Assembly (NCBI RefSeq): GCF_964204645.1
Contig: NC_134036.1
Location: 3,906,001 to 3,970,000, forward strand
DNA length: 64,000 nt
From: Tubulanus polymorphus
Lineage: Eukaryota > Animalia > Nemertea
Direction: 5' to 3'
This document shows positions 53,101-64,000 of the stretch, in pieces (the first letter of the stretch is position 1; the number at the start of each line of letters is the position of its first letter). The notes below the pieces were generated by a model that was given only the letters and a program-made list of their open reading frames with translations, did no database searches and was not told where the DNA came from. The position numbers and the translations under genes are program-made.

Positions 53101-56100
53101 TCCCGATTCCCAGTCGGAGACGTTTCGTTATCCGTCTTATTGCTATCTTTCCCAGTTTTATCGATGTTGATTCTGTCCGTTTCGCACATGAAAGTCGTGT
53201 GAACCTCGTCGATTTTGCAGGGGAATCGAACCCAGTTCGCCGAACCTCGCGGATTATTCAGTATCATCGCTGTACACGGCATATTGACGTCATTTATCGG
53301 TTGTTTCCTTACAGCAGATATCAAACCTTGAATAACTTCTGGTATCGTTTCGTTGCTACTCGGTGTCCGGTACCACTCTGTGTAGCTCATCGGTTTTCCA
53401 TCGGTCCACGTATAACGACCAGTTGTCAGCTGAGAAAATAGAATAAAATATTGTATCAGTCATATAAAAAACCCAAACAACGCTCAATTACCTTCCACCT
53501 GCTTCGCTCCCGGAAAGTGCGTTGGGTTTTAAGGGACACAATATCAGATGAAATCTACCAATCGAATGATAACGGGGTAAATCGGTATTCTAAGATTTAA
53601 AAAATACACGTAAAAATGCCACGTAAAAATTAATGAATAACGTCCGAAAAGCGATAGTTCGTTCATAGCACCCCAACTGGTCCTCTTTTCAAAAAAGATA
53701 TAAATTTCATCATTATTTTGAAAAATAATTGAATTCCATGATCTAATTCAACTGCAGATTGTCAATACACTCAAAACACGCTCCCACCTCCACTTCTGAA
53801 TATATTTCGTCATAATATTGACCTCCACTCCCACTGACTAAAAGACTAAAAACTAAACTTTGCGCAAGCTGCTTTACACGAATCCAAATTATACAGCAAA
53901 AATCTTTATTAGCCCAGATGCCTTGTATCTGGTGAGTTAATCATTATTTTCTCCGTTTATCAACACCAGCCTGAATTAACTATCTTTCTTATTTAAAGAC
54001 AAAACTTTTTTGAAATACTTGTAACTATTCGTTTCCGTATTAGTTAAACCTGGTATGTGTTATTATATTTTCAAATTCTATACTCATCACCTAATTTATT
54101 ATCGTTATCTCGATGTCGTTATCAATGTTGTCATTATAATAATCGTGGGGGCTTGCACTAGAACCCCCGTATTAAGTAATCAATTAAAAACTCTTATTGA
54201 TTGTTCATTTCCTTATACGAGAAATATTTCGTAGCTTTTCTCTATATTCTCTAATATTCAATAGATTTAATGCACCTGTAATTTCAAACCGATCATTATT
54301 ATGAGCGCTTTTCTAGAAAATGCCATCTTCATCAGAGGATTTACAGCGAATAACGTTTTGATAGCCATCATCTCCTGTTGTGAGTTGATACTGAGTAGAT
54401 GTCCCGCGTACTTCTGTCTACAGTACAATTCAGCTTTCTCCCAATTCAGACGTACTTTTCTGATGAATTTCACGCAGGAAAATCCCGAATCTAAAAGCCC
54501 TGCTGATTCGCAGACATTGCCGCGTTGTTTCGGCATTAGATTCTGTTCTAAGACGTATTGTACGCGAAATCTGGGCATTCTGTTTTTCACCTCGATCCAC
54601 AGCGATCTTTCCTGCAGACTATAGAATGTAACTCCCGGTACACCGTACATTTCGCATAGTTTATCCTCGTGACGGGCGTTACTACTGTCTTTGCCATATA
54701 TGGCATTGTGGCTGATCTCCTGCACGAATACAACCGCTTCTGTTTTGTATCGCGATTCTTTGATGCACGGCACTTCTTCCATATCTTTGATAACGAAACG
54801 GTAATACTGAATTCGCGTACTGTTCAGCGTGAACCCGACGTTGTATTTCAAGACGACGTTGGAACTGCCGGCCGTTCCCGGGTAGTTCGGCGACTGCACG
54901 ATCCCGCAATCCACTTCACCTCGCTTCATCGTGTCGATGTGATCGCTGTGCTTTCTCAAGCTTTGGCAGGTGCGCTGCAATTCAACAATGTAGGCGAATC
55001 TCCAGAACAAATCGGCCTTGTTGATTTTGACCGTGTACTTGAAGAGGACACTGCTGCTGCCACTGTTGTTGCTGGTGTTGAGACGCTGGCTAGTGAGCGG
55101 CATGGCGCGTTTACATGTATGGGTAGGGGACATATGATCGGGCACGCACGAGCCGATTTCGTATTCGTACGGCGTCAATATGTAAATACTACGTGGCGCA
55201 ACCTGTCGTTTTTCGGGCATAATCCTGAAACAGCGCGACGTCACCGTAACCCGGCGCTCTCCTTGTCGCAGAGTGTAGCCGTCGCAGTCAGATGGACGTA
55301 ACATCAATTTCGCTTTCCTCCGATCGTAAACCAACCTCTTGCCCTGACAATTGTATGTGTAGCCAACTACGATAACCGGGCCGCCCGAGGTAATCAGACT
55401 GACGACGCTGCGTCGATAACCCGACGAATTGGGGCAATACGGGCCGTATCGTCTAGCCGTGAAATTACCACCGTCGTATATGTAAAATCCGACGTTTTCG
55501 CAATCAACCGATAACACCCCTAGTTCGAGACTCTGTTCAGTTATTTGGACTTTCCAGGTGAATTCGTACGCGTTTACGTTATATTTCAACGTCCTAGTTG
55601 GAAATGGAAGCATCATGTAATATGCCAATGGCGCTGAAGCAAGATAGCCGCGTATCTGAAATAAATTCGAAGGAATTAATGAATTCAGTGGCAGTATAAT
55701 TAAGATATGGTCGACCCCTGATATACCGCCAACATCGGTAATCTAAAATTTCAGCGGTATATTGTTAATTTTGACTACTTTTATGACAAAAAACACAAAG
55801 CACAGAATATACAGCACTGGAAAACCCTGGCTCTACGTGGGGATATTCGGTTTAACATCATTAATACGAAATCATAGAAATTTGAAATGTGATACGGAAT
55901 CATTTAGTTGAGTATTTCGTATTATAACAACTGACTCTAAAGTTGTAAAAGAGGTCGGAACATAATCTATTCGATCATTCAATTATTCCGTCAGCTCCTG
56001 CCACAACAACAAACACATTTGTGTTAGTAAACATCAATCGAGACAAAAATCAGTATTCCCGCACTTACCGAAGGCTTATGAATGCGAAACTCTGATAATG

Positions 56101-57295
56101 AAAGCAATTTCATTCTGAATTCTATTCTTACATTCATATTTGTGATGTTCGGTCTGGTAAGAACGCACAGTATGACGAGAAATCCTTCAGATTTGAGACT
56201 CAGTGATTTCAGGTAGTTGTAACCGAGTAGAATATCAGTTCCTACAACGCGTAACCCTTCTTGTTTATAAACACCGATGACGTCATCGGATGTGACGAGA
56301 TCACGTGTCCACTTGAAGACGACATACTGTAACACCTGCACTGTGATAGACCAGCAGTGTAAGTCTTTTGATCGAGTTATTACGTGTAAACTGTTGTCAT
56401 CTGGAATGAGCACTCCCGACTCGTTATTATAGATCTGAATCAACGGATTAGAGACGTTCCAATCCGATATTCTGTACATCTGGATTAAAAGCTCAGTCGT
56501 TGTCCTGCGTTGATCCGACACGAAAATTGTGGCTTTTTTCGTTTTGGTATAAAACGATGACGGCTGCTGTCCGCTTTGAACACCTATAAGCGCTATCGGT
56601 TCACTGCTGATGTTCCAGCCATCGTAGATTCGAAAACTCGCCGCTGGATCGACACCGGCACCAGGGTATAGTATCAGGTCCAGATCTACGAATGTGAAAT
56701 TCATCGCCAAACCATACGGGATGTCGGTCCATTCGATGAACAACTGACATCGGAAATTAAGGAACATTGAGAATTTGTATCCGGTCGATGTTTTTAACTT
56801 ATTCACTTTAAAAAACGATCTCCCGCAGCTGTGAGTGATTCTCAATTGACTTCTTTCGTAACGATATATAATATAAACCCGACTACCTCGAGCACCATCG
56901 ACGTTACTTCTAAACATCAACGAGAGCGAATCGTTACGAACGATGTCGTATTTTCCGTTACCGCAAATGGTCTTCCCGTCGACGAATAGGTAGTTATCAT
57001 TGCAGAATATTGACAGTTCGATATCGTAGTACGTTTCGACGTGAAAAATTCCCGGTAAAGAGCTGTTGACGAACCAACGACATTCAACACCGCGCGTTAA
57101 CGAAGGGTAATTCGGTGAAACGATGTAACCGGACGTTGAATCTAGCGGGTACCACGTGTTGTTACAAGACGAACTTACCGTCACAGACGATTCCTCGATA
57201 GAGTCTGCGCGATCAGCGAGCGCGATGCGAACTCGACAGACGATCAGTGTCGTTATGAACAGCGCTCTTAGTCGCTGCTCCATACGGAATAACAT
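50193..57295 (-). CDS. GRL101: Array copy 3 (exon-3 type B): CUB/C-type lectin/LDLa/LRR GRL101-like GPCR; complement(join(56069..57295,54276..55655,50193..53429)), ~1947 aa
   Basis: Same phase-0 splice sites and domain order; exon 3 and intron 2 are nearly identical to copy 2. Confidence 0.85.
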
Positions 57296-58665
57296 AAACA
57301 CGTTGATGAAAATTTAGAATTCTAAAATCAGTCCAATCGAAGAATCCATTGCTCTGCTGGAGTCATGAATACTTCAACTACTCGCTTGCTTCATCTCAAA
57401 TGATTTCCTCACTATATCGACGACGCCCGCGGGGTATGTATACATCGTGTTCTCCAATGGAATCCATTCCCTGCGACATCATTTTTTAGGATATCGTATT
57501 TGATTTCCTCTTGGATTTCTGACTCTGCAGCTTTTGAGTTCGACATACATCTAGGCATACATAGATAATATCGACATCTGCTAACTGATTGGTTTTTGAA
57601 ATGAAAATTAACTATTTTTTTGAGAATTTAGCAACGTATTGATAATTTGACCTGGAAAATTCTAAAACCTCAACATTTTGTCTTATCATTTTAAAATGGA
57701 AATGCCTTAAGGAATAAATGCTTTTAGCCCTCCAAAATACCCCTTAATACCCGGCTTCCCTAAAGATTAATACTTGTACAGTGAAGCCCGCTTCAAATCG
57801 GATTACTCCGACTACCAAAAATCCGACCTTAACAGATTTTAATATCAATCTAACCATACCTTTCGCATCAAATGATTTCTTGTTCGCTTTCTCACTATCT
57901 TTTAAAAAAAAATATATTTCAATCTAAGCACCTCTTTCTCGAGACTCTTTTGCCTTTAAAAATTTCCCAAATTATTCTACAAAATAATAATTCACTATTT
58001 TTGGAATCATAAAAAAGACGTCTATTCTCAGGATTAAAATATCATCAGGACCTAAAATTAAATACTTATTTGCTGTCGATAGAAATCTTCTTCGCTGCAG
58101 TCAAATTCAATCTGCAACAACACGAGGCTGAGCACTCCTATTAGAAATCAATTCGTATTATCGTTACCATATCTTTCAAATTTATGTAGAGATAAATTCT
58201 TGATTGAAGATAAACAACAAACACTAGATATAAGACATTTCATCATCAAACGTTTAACAAGTGATCGTCGGCACTTGAGAATCGAAAAATGATCAGTAAA
58301 TACTTGCCATTCAGGATTTTATCACAGGCGATGATTGGAGATGAACGACAAACACTAGATATGTTATAAGACATTTTATCGCCACAGTATTAATGGTTGA
58401 TCGTCCAAATCCACCACGTAAAATCCCCCGGTGAATATCCCCGTGGGTAAAAATAATACCATAGGTAAAAATCACCCGAAGTTCAGTTTTAAACTAGTGT
58501 ATAAAACTAAGATAAAAATACCCAGATAATGTTTTGATAAAGATTTTGCGATATTTGAACACCGATATTTTATTATGACTTTCGAATTATTTTTGTTTTC
58601 ATAGAAATCATCAAAACTACATTTCAATTTTGATGCATGTAACTTGCATGCTTGCTGAAAGTCAC

Positions 58666-58862
58666 AGAATAATGTTATATGAATATGATTACATTATAAT
58701 AACATTTATATATATTTTGATCACCGTCAAATGTCACTGTTATTTCTATGATATTTGTAATTGCTTGTAATGTCCTCTGGACCTGGGCATGTATTTATTT
58801 TGTATATACTATTGACTTTGTTTAATGAAATTTATTTGTACTAAAAAAAGAGAGAATAATGT
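58666..58862 (+). mobile_element. Copy-specific ~185-bp retro-insertion with 10-bp target-site duplication
   Basis: agaataatgt repeated at 58666-58675 and 58853-58862; A-rich 3' end (ctaaaaaaag); absent at the homologous sites ~36790 and ~47860. Confidence 0.65.
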
Positions 58863-60155
58863 CATTCTGATATTTTGACTAATACCATACAGAATTTGGG
58901 ATTTATGATAATCTATCAAAACTTATGAATATGAGAACATGGAGACATTTAAATCAGTTGAGAATCACTATATCCGTGATAAGACGATGAGTGAAAATCC
59001 CACAATATATGTACGAATCTAAAAAGTTCATTAAAAAAATTCTAGATATTTCGGGTGGTCGCTACCACCCTTCATCGGTCCAAAAGGACATGTCAAATAA
59101 ATATGGTATTTAGCTGACATTTAGTTGCATTTTGTTTTGAAATTCAATTTGGGGGAAATTTTACCTACAGGGGATATTTACCTAGGGATTTGACCTACTG
59201 GAATTATTACGGAGGGATTGTTAACTGTTGCGACATTTACCTTGCGTTTAGTATTTCTTCTGAGAAATCTCCAAATTGAGATGAAATACTAACACCAGAA
59301 ATTGGACATTTCATCAGCATACATTCAAAAACTGATCATCTACACCTAACACTACGGGGCGCTATCCATTATTTGTAATTCTAACATCTTGCCTAAATTT
59401 ATGAAACCCCGATCAAAGTAATTATAGTGGGAATATTGGATGGATAATATTGTCATGAAATGATCATTTGAATAGATATATCAACACCTTGAAACTGTGG
59501 TTGATACACGATAGATTCTTCTTTGAAATATCTTACAGTCATATGAAAATGTGTTAACCTTAGCTGAATTGATATGAAAACTTTTCAACTGAAATTCTAT
59601 AAACTTCGAATCTGCGCAGTATAGTTTAAACATTATACAATCGTGGATATAAAGGGTATAGTTATGCACCAGGGGAAGCTTGAGATAAACATAGACGTAA
59701 CTGGTGGTGCTGCAATATAGGTTATACCTGCAGCGCTTGATGTCTCGTTATAGAACGACACATCCTATATACGTATGGTTGAGATATGCCTATAACAATA
59801 CACGTCTCCATAGATAAAGGTGTCTGAAGCGTGCAGACGATATCCAAACTGACTGACGCCTCAATATTGGCTTTTCGCCTTACGCGCTGAAACGTTAGCT
59901 CCGCGCTGCAGTCTTTCTTGACCTGGTTGTACGCGGCGGGTCTAGAGAAAATTGGAAGCCCCGAAGGAAAATAAGATGCATCTCCCTGATAAACGGGTTC
60001 CATCCTCACAGTGTTCGATATATTTGATGAAATCCATCTAAAACTAAACACGCGTTCAGTACTTGTGTAGTTGTACGGAACATGCAATATAGATAAGAGA
60101 AACACCAAATACAAATACACTATCAAATACACAAATACACAAATACACTATCAAC

Positions 60156-60371
60156 ATTTTCCTATATCTTTCGAAAGCTTTTGAAACTCTTGATTGTATT
60201 AAACGTCTGGAGAACGTCCAACACTTCGGTAAAAGCGATGTAACTCTTAACTGGATTTAATCGTTTCTTTTTGAAAACTACGGTCAATGTTGTGTTTATT
60301 TCTCTTCTTCCTTCTAAAAGTGGTGTCCCCCAAGGAACAATCCTAGGGCGTTCTCTATTCTTATTGTTTCA
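60156..60371 (+). mobile_element. Non-LTR retrotransposon reverse-transcriptase fragment (CR1/L2-like), decayed
   Basis: Translates to IFLYLSKAFETL...TLNWI*SFL...SGVPQGTILGRSLFLLF, matching RT motifs IFLDLSKAFD and GVPQGSxLGPxLF. Confidence 0.75.
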
Positions 60372-60898
60372 TGGAAAAATTCAATTGAATTATTTTCGTT
60401 GTTTTCTTTTCAGTGTCACTATAACTGATTCCTGGGGCGAAGGCAGATGACTTTCGGTGAACTAAAGCATCGAATTGACAAAGGTAAGGGGTTGTAATGA
60501 AGAGAAAATAGTTACTAGTATCTTAGTCAGTTTTCAAGGCCTGGGTTATTTCATCCTAGGGTACCCTAATCATTCTTTATAGTCACTATATATTTTTGAT
60601 TGACGTTTTCTCCATTGAGTACACTTATTAGGCTCATTGACGTATTAAATCGATCGGTTAAGTGTATATCCGCGTATTAGCCACCCTACCAGCACAATCC
60701 GAAAATACGCATGAATAACCATGAATAACCATCCCAAACTTTCTTAGTTTCATCGCTTTGCCTTTAGAAATAAGCAAACCAATGCATTTGATGGTCTGAA
60801 ATGTTCAATGGACCCTAGCTTTCCCTAATCCATTTACCAAGTGTTGCTTTGATTTCGTTTGTTTCGTCAATTACTAAAAATATATAAATGGGATAATC

Positions 60899-60963
60899 GC
60901 GCATATGTCCCCATTAAACACGGCAAAAATAGCGAATGAATATGGGCGTTGACATCAATGGTG
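60899..60963 (-). pseudogene. 65-bp relic of a type-B receptor exon 3 (TM5 region) in intergenic DNA
   Basis: gcgcatatgtccccatta|aacacggcaaaaatagcgaatgaatat..ggcgttgacatcaatggtg matches 39421-39512 with two small deletions. Confidence 0.75.
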
Positions 60964-61894
60964 TTTTCGGTACGAGGAGTAGGCCTACCCTACTAAAGTT
61001 GTTTTATCGTTTCATGAAAACAGACAACAATGCTTGCTTTAATTCCGCTTGATCTATCGTTGCTTCCAAACGTAATGTCGCTCAAGGATCAATACTTGGA
61101 TTTTCAGTTTTCTATTTGTTTTCCATCTGGTCAATTCGTGTACATGCATTACATATACACTATTTCCACAAAGTATATCGCATTATTCTCACATCAATAT
61201 CATACTCTTGACGAATAGAACTCGATCGGGTTTTCTTCGGCAGGAACCATAGGTCGTCTTCTGAATTTCTGGGCGTATTTCAGATTCCATGGTGAATTGA
61301 TGTAAAGTGAATGTAAAATGCGAGTTTATGACAACAAGTTTTATTAGTACAGTGTAGTGCTGTTCGCGATTACATCGAAAGTATTTTACTATTAAAATAA
61401 CGATTAATCTTCCTTCAAAGACCAGTGCCCGGTTGCTCGAATCCACCGGTTATCTTGACCGACCTTTGAGCAACCGACCCCGGGTCGCTATAAACCTTTT
61501 ATAGTTTGCAACATCGAATTCGAATTGGCAACAAAACTTCGACCAACGCATGGAACTCCAGGGTGCCTGCAAAGCGGTTACATCAACGTTATACATACAG
61601 ATACAGATAGACCAGATACAGATACAGAAGTCAATCGTTAAAACCGACGGTTTGGTAATGTTAATGTCTTAATCGATTTGGCATTTTAAGGGTATAGTAG
61701 TAACAATGTGACAACTTGGTAACACAGCACACATCACCTGGCTTGGTACAAACCGGCAAAACAGGACAGAAGTCTGAGTTGGAAATTGGAAAATAAAATT
61801 GGAAATCACAAAAAGTCAGTAAGTCCGAGTTGGGCATCACCGAGTTGGGCGAGGTCGACTGTAAGCTATTTTATTTTCGTTACTAAAAAGTTTT

Positions 61895-64000
61895 TCATTT
61901 TCTTCTTTTATTCTTTGCTCGTATGGATTTCATATCGATAGTCAGTATGGTGTAAAGAAGGGGATTGAGGGACGAGTTGATCGGTAAGAAAAGAACCGCC
62001 AGCCAAGCCGCCACCTGATTCGGTATTTCTACCCGAAATACCGTGCAAAATTGAACGGTTATTAACGGCAGCCAGCAAAATGAATTGCAAAGATTTATCA
62101 CCAAACTCCTACGTGCCAATATTAATTCTGTAGGGTCAATTCTACCAGAGCCAGACCTGCTTCCAGATACGAGTCTGTACATTTGCGCATAAGTCGACAT
62201 TATTGTAACAAGTATGACAGAGTTGAACACGGCAAAAATTACGAATGAATATTGCCAGGCGTTGACCTCGATTGTAATTAAATTCATAGGTAAACAAACT
62301 CCTGTACTGCCATAGAAGTTGTCTCCGAAATAAGATGACTGTGAAAGAGGTATCATAGAAATTGTACCTATGGATAACCAACATACGCCACAAATAATGG
62401 ACACATATTTCGGAGATGTAATCGGGCTTCCAGAAAATGGATTAACGATATTTGAAAATCTGTGTCGCGTTAGAATAAGCAGAAAAGACAACGAGCCTTC
62501 ACAAGAAATCGTCACCACAATTCCAGCGAAACTGCACAATGAACTGTCCGTCCAACTTTCCGAATAAAGAAAATAGACTCCTTCATAGAGGTAATCCGCT
62601 CCCGCGATCAAAAACAAATAAACCGACATCAGAAAATCACAAGCTGCGATGTTGATGATTAGGATGTCAGAGGATGTGTTACGCTTTTCGGAGGACGATA
62701 GTCGAATTGATCGAAGACGAAATAAAACGACAACACTGTTGGCGAGGAAACTTAATGTGGCGATGACCCAAATGATAGCTCTGAGGACTGTGTTGCCCAT
62801 CAGATCAGAACAGGAGGAAAATTGATCAGCTTCTGGAAGGCACTGATCAACATTTGGTGCCATGCAGCAAAACTTGTATGCGTTTGATGCGAGAAAAGCC
62901 AGAGATGTCAGATTATTGAAAACGCCTTTTCCAACAGAAATAACTTTGGAATTGTTGGTTATATCAAGAAGTCTAAGTGACTGCAATCCAGAAAATGCAT
63001 ATATAGATATATCACGGATTCTGTTACCGCTGACATTCAGTGACTGTAGTGCGACCAAACCCTTGAAAACATTTTCTGCAAGGACCGATAGAGATAGTCC
63101 ATAGAGATTGAGAACTCGAAGCGCCTTCATACCTAAGAAACTGCCTTCTACCAAATAGCTCAATGGATTGCCAGTAATGAATAACTGTTCTAAACTATGC
63201 AAACCGGTGAACGTATTTTTAGATAAAGATGTTATGTTATTACATGTAAGGTCTAATGTGTGTAGATTATGAAGGTTGGAAAACGAAGCTGATAATATGT
63301 GAGACAATTCATTGAATGAGATGTTTAGCATACGAAGATATACGAAAGAAGATAAGGTTGACTCGCTCAAACGAATTCTATTGTCCGACAAAATCAAAAC
63401 TCGAGTTGATGCGGAGAAGAGACCAGTGATATTTGTTAAACCAGTTTTTCTACAATCGATCGAATGACCTTGACACCTGCAATCTGTAGGACACGTGACT
63501 TCACAGAAAGCCTCGTCATCAGTTGTGTGTTTACAATTTACGAAACCATCACAAACTTCAGATTGTGGAATACACCGATTTTCCTGACCACATTTAAACA
63601 TTCCCGGACAAGAAAATATCTCGCAGTTTTGTTCATCTTCTGAATTAGGACAATCTGATTGACCGTCGCATACCTGTCTGATCGGTATACAGTAAGACGC
63701 TGGACATTTCACAGTACCAGCTGGACATTCAAATTCTTCACATTTCAAAATGTGCTCAAGATTTCTACAAACTGGGAAACCATTTGTCATTCTATCTAGA
63801 ATGCATCTGTGATGTCTTAAATAACAATGTGGAGAATTGAAAGAACATCTCTGTTCATCAGATTTTATGCAGAAATTTGTGAAGTTAGTCATACAGTAGT
63901 TTTCATTGTCGCAGTGAACAGTAGGATTCACTGTAACATTAGAAGTTGTTACTAATTCATCTTCCTCAAGGCTTCCACTACAATCCACGACACCATCCTG
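61895..64000 (-). CDS. GRL101: Array copy 4 (exon-3 type A), partial: LDLa-LRR-7TM part of a GRL101-like GPCR; continues beyond the window
   Basis: Open frame to the window edge, nearly identical to copy 1 exon 3; 3' flank ~60970-61895 is homologous to ~27385-28319. Confidence 0.88.
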   Translation of the reverse strand, partial: QDGVVDCSGSLEEDELVTTSNVTVNPTVHCDNENYCMTNFTNFCIKSDEQRCSFNSPHCYLRHHRCILDRMTNGFPVCRNLEHILKCEEFECPAGTVKCPASYCIPIRQVCDGQSDCPNSEDEQNCEIFSCPGMFKCGQENRCIPQSEVCDGFVNCKHTTDDEAFCEVTCPTDCRCQGHSIDCRKTGLTNITGLFSASTRVLILSDNRIRLSESTLSSFVYLRMLNISFNELSHILSASFSNLHNLHTLDLTCNNITSLSKNTFTGLHSLEQLFITGNPLSYLVEGSFLGMKALRVLNLYGLSLSVLAENVFKGLVALQSLNVSGNRIRDISIYAFSGLQSLRLLDITNNSKVISVGKGVFNNLTSLAFLASNAYKFCCMAPNVDQCLPEADQFSSCSDLMGNTVLRAIIWVIATLSFLANSVVVLFRLRSIRLSSSEKRNTSSDILIINIAACDFLMSVYLFLIAGADYLYEGVYFLYSESWTDSSLCSFAGIVVTISCEGSLSFLLILTRHRFSNIVNPFSGSPITSPKYVSIICGVCWLSIGTISMIPLSQSSYFGDNFYGSTGVCLPMNLITIEVNAWQYSFVIFAVFNSVILVTIMSTYAQMYRLVSGSRSGSGRIDPTELILARRSLVINLCNSFCWLPLITVQFCTVFRVEIPNQVAAWLAVLFLPINSSLNPLLYTILTIDMKSIRAKNKRRK

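Noticed and set aside
59722-60132. 136-aa ORF with hydrophobic N-terminus as a secreted protein gene
   Set aside because: Its N-terminus comes from an (aaatacac)n microsatellite with a non-ATG start, and the homologous spacer copies contain stops; treated only as part of a possible decayed exon
28247-63104. Numerous 60-210 aa antisense or alternative-frame ORFs repeated across array units
   Set aside because: Their recurrence only reflects the duplicated receptor exons; no independent coding signal

Overview
Eukaryotic, intron-containing, AT-rich invertebrate genomic DNA. Gene content suggests a spiralian/lophotrochozoan, but this is inference. The left 27 kb holds five ordinary-sized genes: an intronless FMRFamide-receptor-like GPCR (-), a small single-pass membrane protein with overlapping PTAP/PPxY motifs (+), a type-I transmembrane mucin (-), a 4-exon secreted phospholipase A2 (-) and an ESCRT-I subunit VPS37 (-), plus MITEs, minisatellites and LINE relics. 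The right 37 kb is a ~11-kb-period tandem array of minus-strand genes: three complete copies and a fourth cut by the window edge. The ORF track shows three separate ORFs per unit, but canonical phase-0 GT/AG junctions join them into one ~1,945-aa receptor. Its order is signal peptide, about 5 CUB/CUB-like modules, a C-type lectin domain split by intron 2, a second degenerate CTL-like module, about 7 LDLa repeats, LRRNT plus about 7-8 LRRs, an LGR hinge and a rhodopsin-type 7TM, i.e. a GRL101/LGR type C-like GPCR with a very large added ectodomain. The copies are mosaics: exon 3 follows an A-B-B-A pattern, other segments group differently, the ectodomain has variable patches, and ICL3 and the C-tail are invariant. 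A 65-bp scar suggests a further deleted paralog. All exon models were read by eye and need RNA-seq confirmation.
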